A stretch of 64,000 bases of DNA. Origin: a virus (taxonomy: Duplodnaviria > Heunggongvirae > Uroviricota > Caudoviricetes). The stretch spans positions 57,364 through 121,363 of IMG/VR virus record IMGVR_UViG_3300043466_002831. One strand, given 5' to 3'. The notes under the pieces are model-generated. The model saw nothing but the letters and a program-made list of their open reading frames with translations, did not search any database and had not been told where the DNA came from. A program made the position numbers and the translations under genes. Of the stretch, positions 26,535-35,432 are shown piece after piece (position 1 is the first letter of the stretch; each line of letters starts with the position of its first letter).

Positions 26535-26860
26535 AATATATAATTACAGAATCAAAATTGGACATGCTCATGACAAACTACATGGACAATTTTCTTGCCA
26601 GTAAAAAAGTATCCGATGGAGGTGATGTCCTTATTATCTATGATAATTTGGGTGAAGATTATGAATATGAGGAAGAAGTTTCTATTGATTATACGTATGA
26701 TGATTCTGAGATGTCCATTAGAATGGACTTAATTAACATGTTTACGTCTATGTTTTCTCGTGATATAGAACAAGCTAAAGAATTCATTAAGAATTGGTTT
26801 GAAAATAAATTTAACCTTGAGGTCGGGTATGTGGATACTTTCAAATCACCTAATTTTTAG
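26531..26860 (+). CDS. NTM family protein (array member 4)
   Basis: MKYIITESKLDMLMTNYMDNF; ATGA overlap. Confidence 0.7.
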   Translation: MKYIITESKLDMLMTNYMDNFLASKKVSDGGDVLIIYDNLGEDYEYEEEVSIDYTYDDSEMSIRMDLINMFTSMFSRDIEQAKEFIKNWFENKFNLEVGYVDTFKSPNF

Positions 26861-26868
26861 TAAAAACT

Positions 26869-27288
26869 ATGAAATATATTATAACAGAATCTAAATTGAA
26901 TTCCGCCATCTATGAATTTATAGACCAAGCGTTTGCATCAAAAGATGGGAATACGGAAATTAATACATTACCCGCATTAGATGAAAACGGTGAGGAGATT
27001 AATAATGCTTATGATTTTGTGAATGATGACTATTATAGTGACTCTGGTTCTGATTATCTTTTTGCTTGGACTGGAGAAAAGTATTACGAATCACTAACCC
27101 CTAGTTATATAACAGGAAGTGAATTCGAAAGACTTGCATCACAATCACCCCTTGTTGAAATTTATGACAAAGATATCTTGAATAAACTTAATGGTTATTT
27201 CGGAGATGCGTGGAAGCCAGTATTTAAACAATGGTTTAAAGATAAAACGGGAATGGATTATAAAACAATATATGAAGTACCTAATTAG
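26869..27288 (+). CDS. NTM family protein (array member 5)
   Basis: MKYIITESKLNSAIYEFIDQAF; C-terminal GYFGDAWKPVFKQWFKDKTG. Confidence 0.7.
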   Translation: MKYIITESKLNSAIYEFIDQAFASKDGNTEINTLPALDENGEEINNAYDFVNDDYYSDSGSDYLFAWTGEKYYESLTPSYITGSEFERLASQSPLVEIYDKDILNKLNGYFGDAWKPVFKQWFKDKTGMDYKTIYEVPN

Positions 27289-27577
27289 TGAATCAAAAAT
27301 AGAATCTGTTATCCGAAAATATTTGGATGATAATTATTATCCTGACTATGGTTGGTTAGAACCTGAACAGTATAAAGAAGAATATGAAAAATGGGATGAA
27401 GTTTATTTTGACATTGATGACCATATTCGATATAAGTATGTTTCAGGAAAATTAACTGTTGGTGAATCCCCTGACCTTGATGGGTATTTTGGTGATGTGT
27501 GGAGACCTGTATTTCTTTCATGGTTTGAAGACCATACGGGATTAAAAGTTTATGAATATAAAGTACTTGACGAATGA
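27272..27577 (+). CDS. NTM family protein (array member 6)
   Basis: MKYLISESKIESVIRKYLDD from the internal ATG at 27272; C-terminal GYFGDVWRPVFLSWFEDHTG is paralogous to member 5. Confidence 0.65.
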   Translation: MKYLISESKIESVIRKYLDDNYYPDYGWLEPEQYKEEYEKWDEVYFDIDDHIRYKYVSGKLTVGESPDLDGYFGDVWRPVFLSWFEDHTGLKVYEYKVLDE

Positions 27578-27867
27578 AATATCTAATTAAAGAATCACAA
27601 ATTAAAAGGTTTATATGGGATTATTTTAATTCAGAGGATTATGATATTTCCGAAGATGATAATGATATTTTTCTTCTTGATGATTATGGTAATTTTGATT
27701 GGAATTATACTTTTGATAATAGACGATTGTTGGTTGCAAATGACATAATTGTTTCAGTTGAAAGTATGTTTAGTATTTCATATGACGATGCATTGGAATA
27801 TGCTGGTCAGTGGTTTGAAGAAAAGTATGGTTATATTGTTGAGGAAATTCTTAATTGGGATTTGTAA
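27574..27867 (+). CDS. NTM family protein (array member 7)
   Basis: MKYLIKESQIKRFIWDYFNSEDY; ATGA overlap. Confidence 0.7.
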   Translation: MKYLIKESQIKRFIWDYFNSEDYDISEDDNDIFLLDDYGNFDWNYTFDNRRLLVANDIIVSVESMFSISYDDALEYAGQWFEEKYGYIVEEILNWDL

Positions 27868-28869
27868 TTAAAAAAACTCTATTGTATTTTTAACGTCCAC
27901 ACAATATTCTTCGAACAAAAATCCATTTTCATTATATACCTCCATTTTTTTTATGTTGTTTGGATAACCGTATAAATTCCATATTCCGTAACCATCAAAA
28001 CTTTGGAATAGTTCCGTTTTTGTTTCATCATTAAATGTTATTATGATTTGTCTTGTTGTTGGTTCAGATTTTGTATTATAACTATAGATGAAAATTTCGT
28101 CAGGATTTTTTTGATTTAAATAAAATTTGGTATAACACCCTTTATATTTTTGGTCGTAATAAACTCTGGTGTGTTTTGAATTCCATAATGTGTCTGAAAA
28201 TTCTTGTACAAAATTATGGTGAACAATTATTTCATTTTGGTTAACTTTTTTTAAGTTCTCACACATAAATTCTTCCATAAGAAGAAAATTCCGATTGTTA
28301 TAGTTTGTTTGAAGAAAGTCAATATAGTCCTGTTCGCATGTTATGTTCCAGAAGTTATCTAAAAAATAATCTATTTCACACAAAAAATAATGTACGTTCA
28401 TAAAGGTTGGTTCGTTCATAAAGAAAACCCCTTTCTTTCCGTTTGATATACAGTCCTGATTTAATTCCTTGATTTTATTTGTTGTGTGATTTCCGAGAAT
28501 TGCGTCATATTCCATTTTATAAAAATGTGTATAACCTAAATCTTTTGCAATTTTCACAGAACGAAATAAACTAATTAATACCGATAGACCGTGTGGTTGA
28601 GTATGTGGAAATATATTTGATACTCTAAAAAATTCGTAAAGGTTATAATATGAAACATCTTGGTAATTGTCATACTTTTCTTTAAATAATTGATTCCTTT
28701 TATCGTAGAAAAAATAGTTAACCTTATCTTGAATTGTTTTTGATATGTTGGTATTTGACATTAATAATATGTCATCGCCAATATTTCTTGATGAATCTAT
28801 AAAATTACTTAAACGTGTTTCATCTGCCTCATCATTTATAAATGCATCTAGGATTAGTATTGTTTTCAT
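27868..28869 (-). CDS. hypothetical protein (possible nucleotide-sugar transferase-like fold; not established)
   Basis: 333-aa minus ORF, the only minus gene in a long plus block. N-terminus MKTILILDAFIND... Confidence 0.5.
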   Translation of the reverse strand: MKTILILDAFINDEADETRLSNFIDSSRNIGDDILLMSNTNISKTIQDKVNYFFYDKRNQLFKEKYDNYQDVSYYNLYEFFRVSNIFPHTQPHGLSVLISLFRSVKIAKDLGYTHFYKMEYDAILGNHTTNKIKELNQDCISNGKKGVFFMNEPTFMNVHYFLCEIDYFLDNFWNITCEQDYIDFLQTNYNNRNFLLMEEFMCENLKKVNQNEIIVHHNFVQEFSDTLWNSKHTRVYYDQKYKGCYTKFYLNQKNPDEIFIYSYNTKSEPTTRQIIITFNDETKTELFQSFDGYGIWNLYGYPNNIKKMEVYNENGFLFEEYCVDVKNTIEFF

Positions 28870-28944
28870 GATTAAATAATAGACAACCTTTTATATTTTT
28901 AAATGTTGAAGTATGAATTTATTCATCTTTTTAACCAGAACGCG

Positions 28945-29022
28945 CCGACGAAAACCGACTTCGTCGGATATTTTCCCTCATTTTTTCTCGTTTTTGGACC
29001 GCCGTTTCCGACCTTCGGTCGG
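28945..29022 (+). other. pair of GC-rich hairpins in a divergent intergenic region
   Basis: CCGACGA-AAACCGACT-TCGTCGG and CCGACC-TTCG-GGTCGG (UUCG-type loop) between minus gene 27868-28869 and plus gene 29097. Confidence 0.5.
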
Positions 29023-29096
29023 TTCGAAATCCTTTGTTATATGGTCATCTCGTTGGTGTCATCTAAACAAATGGTCGGGTCATTATATTTATTATT

Positions 29097-30020
29097 ATGA
29101 AGTACATTATCACTGAATCACAGTATAAGAATTTAATTGAATCTGATGACCGCTTAACCAAAATGGTTAATAGGTATTTGGACATGACATTCGGAAACAT
29201 GGTTCGAGTTGATACAAAGTTTGGTTCAGGTTATAAGTTTGACGGAGATGACCAATATCAACTTAATGTTTTCAAAAATGATTCAGGTAAATTGCAATTG
29301 GCAATTTCATCATCATTTATTAAACACCTTACCTCAATGTTTGATGTTTATAAATCTGAGGCGAGTGAACTTATTGCAGAATATTGTGAAGATGTTTTGG
29401 GTATGGAATTTGATTTTATACGAATTTGGCCAATTAAAATAACTGAATCAGATTTAACTCGAATAATTGAGAGAATCATACAAGAACAAGTTGCAACTGA
29501 ACCAATTAATTTTGATAAAGTATATAAATCCACTTATCCTAGTATGTTTAGACAAGTTTGTATGAAATATGCAAACGGAGATTATGACTTGGCATCTGAA
29601 TATTGCCAACTTGGATATTTGAGAGTTAACGATAAACTCCACACATTTAAGGGTGAAGGTAGTTTGGAGGGTTGGATTCGTCGTGTGATTACAACAACAA
29701 TCATCAATGAGTTCAGAGCTAAGAAAAGAAAAATCGACACAACAAGTGATTTTGATTTTGAAAGAAACGATGTTTCAGATGAACCTGAAGAAAAATATGA
29801 AGATATTGAGTTTATGGGTAAGTATACCGTGGCAGATATTAAAAACGCCATTGATTCTCTCCCTAAAGGTTATCAATTTGTTTTCTACCAATATTTCTAT
29901 AAAGACAAATCTCATAAGGAAATTGCTGACGCTTTGGGAATTGACGAAGGTACATCAAGGTCCCAATTGTCAAAAGCTAAAAAGAAGATTAAGGATTACT
30001 TGGAAAGTTTAAAAAGATAA
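29097..30020 (+). CDS. ECF-type sigma-70 family factor fused to an NTM-family N-terminal region
   Basis: N-terminus MKYIITESQYKNLIESDD. The C-terminal half has a region-2-like segment (LEGWIRRVITTTIINEFRAKKRK) and a region-4 helix-turn-helix (LPKGYQFVFYQYFYKDKSHKEIADALGIDEGTSRSQLSKAKKKIKDYL). Confidence 0.7.
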   Translation: MKYIITESQYKNLIESDDRLTKMVNRYLDMTFGNMVRVDTKFGSGYKFDGDDQYQLNVFKNDSGKLQLAISSSFIKHLTSMFDVYKSEASELIAEYCEDVLGMEFDFIRIWPIKITESDLTRIIERIIQEQVATEPINFDKVYKSTYPSMFRQVCMKYANGDYDLASEYCQLGYLRVNDKLHTFKGEGSLEGWIRRVITTTIINEFRAKKRKIDTTSDFDFERNDVSDEPEEKYEDIEFMGKYTVADIKNAIDSLPKGYQFVFYQYFYKDKSHKEIADALGIDEGTSRSQLSKAKKKIKDYLESLKR

Positions 30021-30030
30021 AATAATTTAA

Positions 30031-30055
30031 CCTATCTCACAAGGATGGGTTTTTT
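30031..30055 (+). terminator. rho-independent terminator
   Basis: CCTATC-TCACAAG-GATGGG followed by TTTTTT. Confidence 0.7.
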
Positions 30056-30084
30056 ATTTGATTTTATTTTCTTATGATTATTGT

Positions 30085-30498
30085 ATGAGTGATTTTAAAA
30101 TTTCTGACATTCCCCCTACAATTACAACAAATAATAGTGCCAGGTACGAAGTATTTGATAATTCCATGTTGGTAATGCCAAAAGTTCTTGATGTGTTAAT
30201 TAAAAAAACACATCCTGAGATTATTAGTGTGAGTATTAAAGATGTGGATTCTTCCTTAACGTATAATCCAATGGATTTTAGTGCTATTGAGAGATTTCGA
30301 CTACATATTTCGGTGTCATTTAAACAAGGTATTCAACCTAAAGGAGTGATGGAATATTATTCAGAATCAATCCAAGACTTGTTTAAATATACTTACCCCG
30401 AACATGACTTCGTTAAATTTAATGTGATTGAAATGAATATCCCAAACCCACCATCAAATCGAGAACTTTTTGGTAGATTGTTCTTACCTGAACAATAA
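30085..30498 (+). CDS. hypothetical protein
   Basis: In-frame ATG at 30085; the track start is TTG inside the terminator T-run. Confidence 0.45.
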   Translation: MSDFKISDIPPTITTNNSARYEVFDNSMLVMPKVLDVLIKKTHPEIISVSIKDVDSSLTYNPMDFSAIERFRLHISVSFKQGIQPKGVMEYYSESIQDLFKYTYPEHDFVKFNVIEMNIPNPPSNRELFGRLFLPEQ

Positions 30499-30518
30499 TT
30501 TTATTATATTTGTAAAAT

Positions 30519-30719
30519 ATGGAACCTGAATATTGGAGTTATTCTGTTGTTGATAATCGTACATACGATTATGTGAGTTATAACTACGTGGACATATCTG
30601 ACAAAGATTTATTCTACTATGAATACAATAACAGTTATTCCGATGATATGACATGGAAATATAAAAATACGGTAAAACGTATGAAGTTAACCAATAAAGA
30701 CGCTCACCCAATCGATTAA
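30519..30719 (+). CDS. hypothetical small protein
   Basis: TATATTTG-N6-ATG; ends KDAHPID. Confidence 0.4.
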   Translation: MEPEYWSYSVVDNRTYDYVSYNYVDISDKDLFYYEYNNSYSDDMTWKYKNTVKRMKLTNKDAHPID

Positions 30720-30721
30720 TT

Positions 30722-30886
30722 ATGAATGATAATCCATTATACGAAATGTTTTCCATGTCAGGAGGTAGTTTACATACTGAAGAATGGAATTGGGAGGAAC
30801 TCAAAAAAGCTCAAAAAATAATGGAGGTTGATATATTCCGAGCAGTAAATAATTTACACCCTAAAGATGTACACCCAATAGATTAA
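30722..30886 (+). CDS. hypothetical small protein (54 aa)
   Basis: Ends KDVHPID, so it shares a C-terminal motif with the preceding small ORF. Confidence 0.35.
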   Translation: MNDNPLYEMFSMSGGSLHTEEWNWEELKKAQKIMEVDIFRAVNNLHPKDVHPID

Positions 30887-30888
30887 AA

Positions 30889-31281
30889 ATGACAATACAA
30901 GAAGTAAGAGTAGGAAATTTGGTTCATCATCCAATCTTTGGTGATTATACGGTTATTCGTGCAACCGCATTTAATGGGTTTTATATTGGAACTCCTCAAG
31001 GTAATCCGATTCATGTTGATGACTTTACACCCGTAAAAATTACCGATGTATTGTTGGAACAAATGGGATTCAAGTATATGGAAGACCATGCACCTGGTAT
31101 TGGTAATTATGGTTGGTGGGAGAACGATGAGATATCATTAACACATTTTCACGAGGGTTTATATGGTATTGAGGGGATGAGCATAATGAAACCTATAAAA
31201 TATGTTCATCAATTACAAAATGCGTATTTTGTTATTACAGGGATGGAATTATCTACAAAAGATGTTGAAAGGATTTGGTAG
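30889..31281 (+). CDS. hypothetical protein
   Basis: 130-aa ORF. Confidence 0.5.
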   Translation: MTIQEVRVGNLVHHPIFGDYTVIRATAFNGFYIGTPQGNPIHVDDFTPVKITDVLLEQMGFKYMEDHAPGIGNYGWWENDEISLTHFHEGLYGIEGMSIMKPIKYVHQLQNAYFVITGMELSTKDVERIW

Positions 31282-31321
31282 ATTCAAAAAAACCTATTAT
31301 CTTTGTATCAAATTAGAAGAT

Positions 31322-31546
31322 ATGTTAAAGAAATTTATTTTTAGTGGTTGGGGATTATTCTGTCTCACATTTATCTACTTACACGTGTTATCGATATACT
31401 TTGAGTATGTTGTGAATCGAGAAGTAGCAAAAGAATTACAGCTTGTATTGACGTTGGGAGTTTTGGTCAGTACAGCTTTTTTATTAAAACTCATAGTTAA
31501 TTTCATTCAAAACAATTTAAAACAAAACGAAAAACAAAATGATTAG
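31322..31546 (+). CDS. small membrane protein
   Basis: Two hydrophobic helices (GWGLFCLTFIYLHVLSIYF; LVLTLGVLVSTAFLLKLIV), from the internal ATG. Confidence 0.45.
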   Translation: MLKKFIFSGWGLFCLTFIYLHVLSIYFEYVVNREVAKELQLVLTLGVLVSTAFLLKLIVNFIQNNLKQNEKQND

Positions 31547-32483
31547 TACTTTAATTTTTTTAGGATTTTTAATCGCCGCAGCTCTTGTTGCAATTAAAAC
31601 AAAAGACAAAATGTTCGTTACCACTCAAACACGATATGGTGACGAAAATGATTTTCAACCTATGTGGTTAGTAAAACCTATCGGGTTATTTTTAGCAGGT
31701 ATTATCCTTGCATCAGTTCAACCATACTCAATTGAGAAAATCGATGCGGGTCACAAAGGTTTGAAAATCAATTTGATTGGTGACCAACGTGGTGTGTCAA
31801 GTTACCAATACAAAACAGGTTGGGTAGTTTATAATACATGGACAGAACAAGTATTGGAGTTTCCAACATACCAACAACACATCGAGTATGAGAATCAGGG
31901 TGTAATCCTTAAAGGTGGATTCTCTGCAAGTATCAAACCAACATTTAACTATTCTTTGAAAGAAGATGCGATTGGTGAGATGTTCGTTAACTTACGTAAA
32001 GACATTCGTGAGGTAGAACAAAACTGGTTGAAAAACGCAATCATCGGAGCGGTTAATGACGTGGCGAATACATGGGAGGTAGATAGTATCTTTAATCACC
32101 GTCAACAATTCGAATCTTCAATTGTTATTGAGTGTAATAAACGACTATCAAAATGGTTTAATGTGAGTCAGTTGAGAACTAACATCGTTCCACCTGAATC
32201 TCTACAAGAAGCAATTATCGCTAAAACCAAAGCAATTCAACAAGCGGAAGCTGCCGAACAACAAGCACTTACAGCATTTGCTGACGGTAAACGTAAGGTT
32301 GCTGTGGCACGAGCTGACTCCGCAGAAACAATCATCAAGGCGAACGCATCGGCAATGTCCATGAAGATTAAACAACGAGAACTTACTCCACTATACGTTG
32401 AGTTCTTAAAGGCTCAGGCTTGGGATGGAAAACTCCCGACAACTGTGGCGGGAAGTTCAGGAACATTTTTGAATATAAAATAA
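31539..32483 (+). CDS. SPFH/band-7 (prohibitin/stomatin-like) domain protein with N-terminal membrane anchor
   Basis: N-terminal TM segment ISTLIFLGFLIAAALVAI. C-terminal Ala/Gln-rich helix AIQQAEAAEQQALTAF...KVAVARADSAE typical of the SPFH family. Confidence 0.6.
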   Translation: MISTLIFLGFLIAAALVAIKTKDKMFVTTQTRYGDENDFQPMWLVKPIGLFLAGIILASVQPYSIEKIDAGHKGLKINLIGDQRGVSSYQYKTGWVVYNTWTEQVLEFPTYQQHIEYENQGVILKGGFSASIKPTFNYSLKEDAIGEMFVNLRKDIREVEQNWLKNAIIGAVNDVANTWEVDSIFNHRQQFESSIVIECNKRLSKWFNVSQLRTNIVPPESLQEAIIAKTKAIQQAEAAEQQALTAFADGKRKVAVARADSAETIIKANASAMSMKIKQRELTPLYVEFLKAQAWDGKLPTTVAGSSGTFLNIK

Positions 32484-32490
32484 CCTTAAA

Positions 32491-32516
32491 CCCCACTCAC
32501 AATGTGGGGTTTTTTA
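32491..32516 (+). terminator. rho-independent terminator
   Basis: CCCCAC-TCACAAT-GTGGGG followed by TTTTTT. Confidence 0.8.
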
Positions 32517-32549
32517 ATTTCAATATATTTATAATAAACGAAATTAAAA

Positions 32550-33296
32550 ATGAAAAAAATTATAAGATTAACTGAAGCCGATTTAACACGCATCGTTAAA
32601 CGAGTGATTAGTGAACAAAATACTGGCAAATTTGACCCTCAAGTATCGAAATTTACTAAAGATATTGCGGCTAAATTGATTGGTAAACAAATTTGTGCCG
32701 AAGATGGTGATGACTCATCAAATTACGAATGTTATTTTTTAGATACCCTTAAAGAAGAACCCATATATATGTCTTATGATACTAACGCTAAAAGTACGAA
32801 GGATATTAAATTTATTAATATGAGTTTCAGGGGAAGATTTTATCCAAGTAAAGCTGGAAGTAATATCATGAAAATGTCATTAGATATTGGTATTAATTTA
32901 GAAAATGGAGTTCCAGTATCGGTAAGTAGAACATTTGTTTTCCCTGAGAAAGGTGAGTTGATTAGATTAAATGATGAAGAAGTAACAAAAAAAACAATAC
33001 CGTTAATTAAAAATATTCGTGTTGCTGAACCACCAAAAGTAGCAAATCCTTGTTTTAAAGGATATAAATGGGGTAAAGTAAACTATATGAGAATCCCTAA
33101 ACATTTTGAGGGTCAGGTATTTACTAAAGAGAATAGTGACGGGTCTGAAACATACTTATTCAAGACAGGGAGTGATTGGTCAAGAGGTAGTGGTGTCATC
33201 GATAAGGGTGAAGTTAAAAATAGTATACAACAAATTAATTGGGTTTGTTCATCGGGTAAATTAACAATTACTAATAAAATTCCCACACGAGATTAA
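32550..33296 (+). CDS. NTM family protein (RLTE variant)
   Basis: MKKIIRLTEADLTRIVKRVISEQ. Confidence 0.65.
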   Translation: MKKIIRLTEADLTRIVKRVISEQNTGKFDPQVSKFTKDIAAKLIGKQICAEDGDDSSNYECYFLDTLKEEPIYMSYDTNAKSTKDIKFINMSFRGRFYPSKAGSNIMKMSLDIGINLENGVPVSVSRTFVFPEKGELIRLNDEEVTKKTIPLIKNIRVAEPPKVANPCFKGYKWGKVNYMRIPKHFEGQVFTKENSDGSETYLFKTGSDWSRGSGVIDKGEVKNSIQQINWVCSSGKLTITNKIPTRD

Positions 33297-33317
33297 TAAT
33301 AACTTATAAAATTTTAA

Positions 33318-33344
33318 ACCCCATCTTTAACAGGTGGGGTTTTT
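33318..33344 (+). terminator. rho-independent terminator
   Basis: CCCCATC-TTTAACA-GGTGGGG followed by TTTTTT. Confidence 0.75.
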
Positions 33345-33533
33345 TGTTTCATATTATATTTGTATATTTGTAAAAACTTTGTATTATGGAAATCGGAAAA
33401 ATGACAATTAGTGAAGCATATCCACACTTAAAACCAATCGCTCTTGCTTATGGATTGAAACTAAATCGAGCCAAAGATTTTAGATTTGCGAGAATTATTT
33501 TGGCGAACTTGTATAACCGAGAATTATCGTAAA

Positions 33534-33809
33534 ATGAAGGAGATGGATGAGTATTTCCAAGAGAGCGAAATACAAAGATTGGAAGGTGAGATTTTTGAAC
33601 TTCAGTTCAAACTTAAAGAATGTCATGACAAAGAATTGGCATACAAACAACTTTTGTCTGAAATTAGAAACTCCATTGACGAAATAATTGAACTTGAAAT
33701 GGAAAACGAAAGATTTAGATTGGATGCTGAAATCGATTATAAATCATGCATCACTAACCTTAAGAACTATTTACAGGAATATAAACGAGTTTATAAATTA
33801 CGATTTTAA
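33534..33809 (+). CDS. coiled-coil small protein
   Basis: MKEMDEYFQESEIQRLEGEIFELQFKLKE... Confidence 0.4.
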   Translation: MKEMDEYFQESEIQRLEGEIFELQFKLKECHDKELAYKQLLSEIRNSIDEIIELEMENERFRLDAEIDYKSCITNLKNYLQEYKRVYKLRF

Positions 33810-33810
33810 T

Positions 33811-34059
33811 ATGAAAACACCTGCAGAGATTATATACGAACAATTTAATTTGTTGTCTGACCGAGATTTTAAAACTTGGATGTTGAATAACTATGAGGAA
33901 TTAACCCCAAGTACTTATGTCTTGGTTAGAAAAGATTCTTTGGAAGAGTTGAAAGATTTTGATATTTGGAAAATGTGGAAACATGGTGAATATCAGTTGG
34001 ACGACAATTGGGATGAAGACCACGCTTTGGACCAAGCATTAAATAAAATGGTTGAATAA
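33811..34059 (+). CDS. hypothetical small protein
   Basis: MKTPAEIIYEQFNLLSDRDF...; terminator follows. Confidence 0.4.
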   Translation: MKTPAEIIYEQFNLLSDRDFKTWMLNNYEELTPSTYVLVRKDSLEELKDFDIWKMWKHGEYQLDDNWDEDHALDQALNKMVE

Positions 34060-34067
34060 GATAAAAA

Positions 34068-34092
34068 CCCATCTTTTTTTAGGTGGGTTTTT
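34068..34092 (+). terminator. rho-independent terminator
   Basis: CCCATC-TTTTTTTA-GGTGGG followed by TTTTTT. Confidence 0.65.
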
Positions 34093-34324
34093 TGTTTATT
34101 ATAAAATTATTCGTACATTTGTTTAAACAATTAAAAACTTATACAAATGACACAAGCGATTTATGAGAAGGTAGAGGAGTACGTAAGAAAGAAGTATTTC
34201 TTGATGTTTAAAAAAGAGGATAACTTGATTATCCACGAACACGAGAATTTTTTCACGGTCAAAAAACATGAGACCGCATCCCCATTAATCTTGGGGAAAG
34301 AGATTCTCTCCTAATATAAATAAA

Positions 34325-34349
34325 CCCCATCTAATCGGTGGGGTTTTTT
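34325..34349 (+). terminator. rho-independent terminator
   Basis: CCCCATC-TAATC-GGTGGGG followed by TTTTTT. Confidence 0.75.
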
Positions 34350-34370
34350 GTTTGTTAAGTATTTATTAAT

Positions 34371-35408
34371 ATGAAGTATATTATCACAGAATCACAATAT
34401 AAAATATTGATTGGGGAGGATGACCATGTGGAACCATCAAAAACTGCAATAAAAAATATCTGTGATAGTAAAAAGTTTTGTAGTGCTCAAGGTAAAATTA
34501 CTTTTGGACAACTAAAAGAATTGGTTAAAGCAGCTTCCAAAACTCGTTTGTATAAACATATGGGTGAAGGTGGATTTAAAGCAACAATTAGATTAATTCC
34601 ATTCTTTTTACCGCAATTGATGATTCCTGGTATTGTTGCAGGAGCTGCAAGAGCAATCAATAAGATATTAAAACCAGGTCTTACTGAGACCGAAAGTTAT
34701 AAAACATTTTGGGGTAAATCCATATTAAGAGCGTTTAAAATTGCTGAAGGCGATATTGACCTTGAAGACCCATTATCCAAAATATTTTTTATTTCAGATG
34801 GTTTGATGACCATGATGGATGATAAATATAAAGTTAAATTCGCTCGTTATGTTGCAGATTTGGCGGATGAGAAACCCGATGATGAGGAGGTTCCTGAATA
34901 TTTTGTTGAGAATGAATTAAGAAAATGGATTAATGATAAATTTTTATTGGACCCACCAATTCCATCAAAAACATTTAATAGAAAGTTATTACCAAAAGAT
35001 ATTGATAATACTGACGAAACACTAACTGAACAAAAGTTGAGTAAAAAAGAACTATTCCAAGACATGGTAAATGAAAAGTTGGAATATATTAAAAAACGTT
35101 GTGTCGATGCTGATGATGTAACTTTCCCAAATGACATTTCATTTAGTACTTGTGACACTGTTGATTTGGTTGATAGTATAACCGTTGCCGAACTTAATGT
35201 TATGTCAAGTGCAAGAACTGATATGTCAGGAGAATTATATAATGTAACACCTAGTATTTACATTAAACTAATTATTAATTTTTCATCTGCAAAAAAAATA
35301 TTTGATTTTGATGATTTGGTTTATGATATAAAACATATGTTAAGAAAATCAACAGGCGGATTAATGGTTGTATTTGATTATGATATTAACAACACATTTA
35401 ACGATTAA
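34371..35408 (+). CDS. NTM family protein
   Basis: MKYIITESQYKILIGEDD; the AAGTATTTATTAATATG cassette lies upstream. Confidence 0.7.
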   Translation: MKYIITESQYKILIGEDDHVEPSKTAIKNICDSKKFCSAQGKITFGQLKELVKAASKTRLYKHMGEGGFKATIRLIPFFLPQLMIPGIVAGAARAINKILKPGLTETESYKTFWGKSILRAFKIAEGDIDLEDPLSKIFFISDGLMTMMDDKYKVKFARYVADLADEKPDDEEVPEYFVENELRKWINDKFLLDPPIPSKTFNRKLLPKDIDNTDETLTEQKLSKKELFQDMVNEKLEYIKKRCVDADDVTFPNDISFSTCDTVDLVDSITVAELNVMSSARTDMSGELYNVTPSIYIKLIINFSSAKKIFDFDDLVYDIKHMLRKSTGGLMVVFDYDINNTFND

Positions 35409-35432
35409 CTTATATTTATATTAAAAGAAATT

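Noticed and set aside
29008-29032. tRNA-like T-arm GGTTCGAAATCC
   Set aside because: The loop is 8 nt rather than 7. There is no acceptor-stem complement or D/anticodon arm within the expected 70-80 nt, so this is not a tRNA.
28903-29116. Two overlapping plus-strand ORFs (28903-29100, 28913-29116)
   Set aside because: They cover the GC hairpins in a divergent intergenic region. They are mutually overlapping, low-complexity, and run into the start of the sigma-factor gene.
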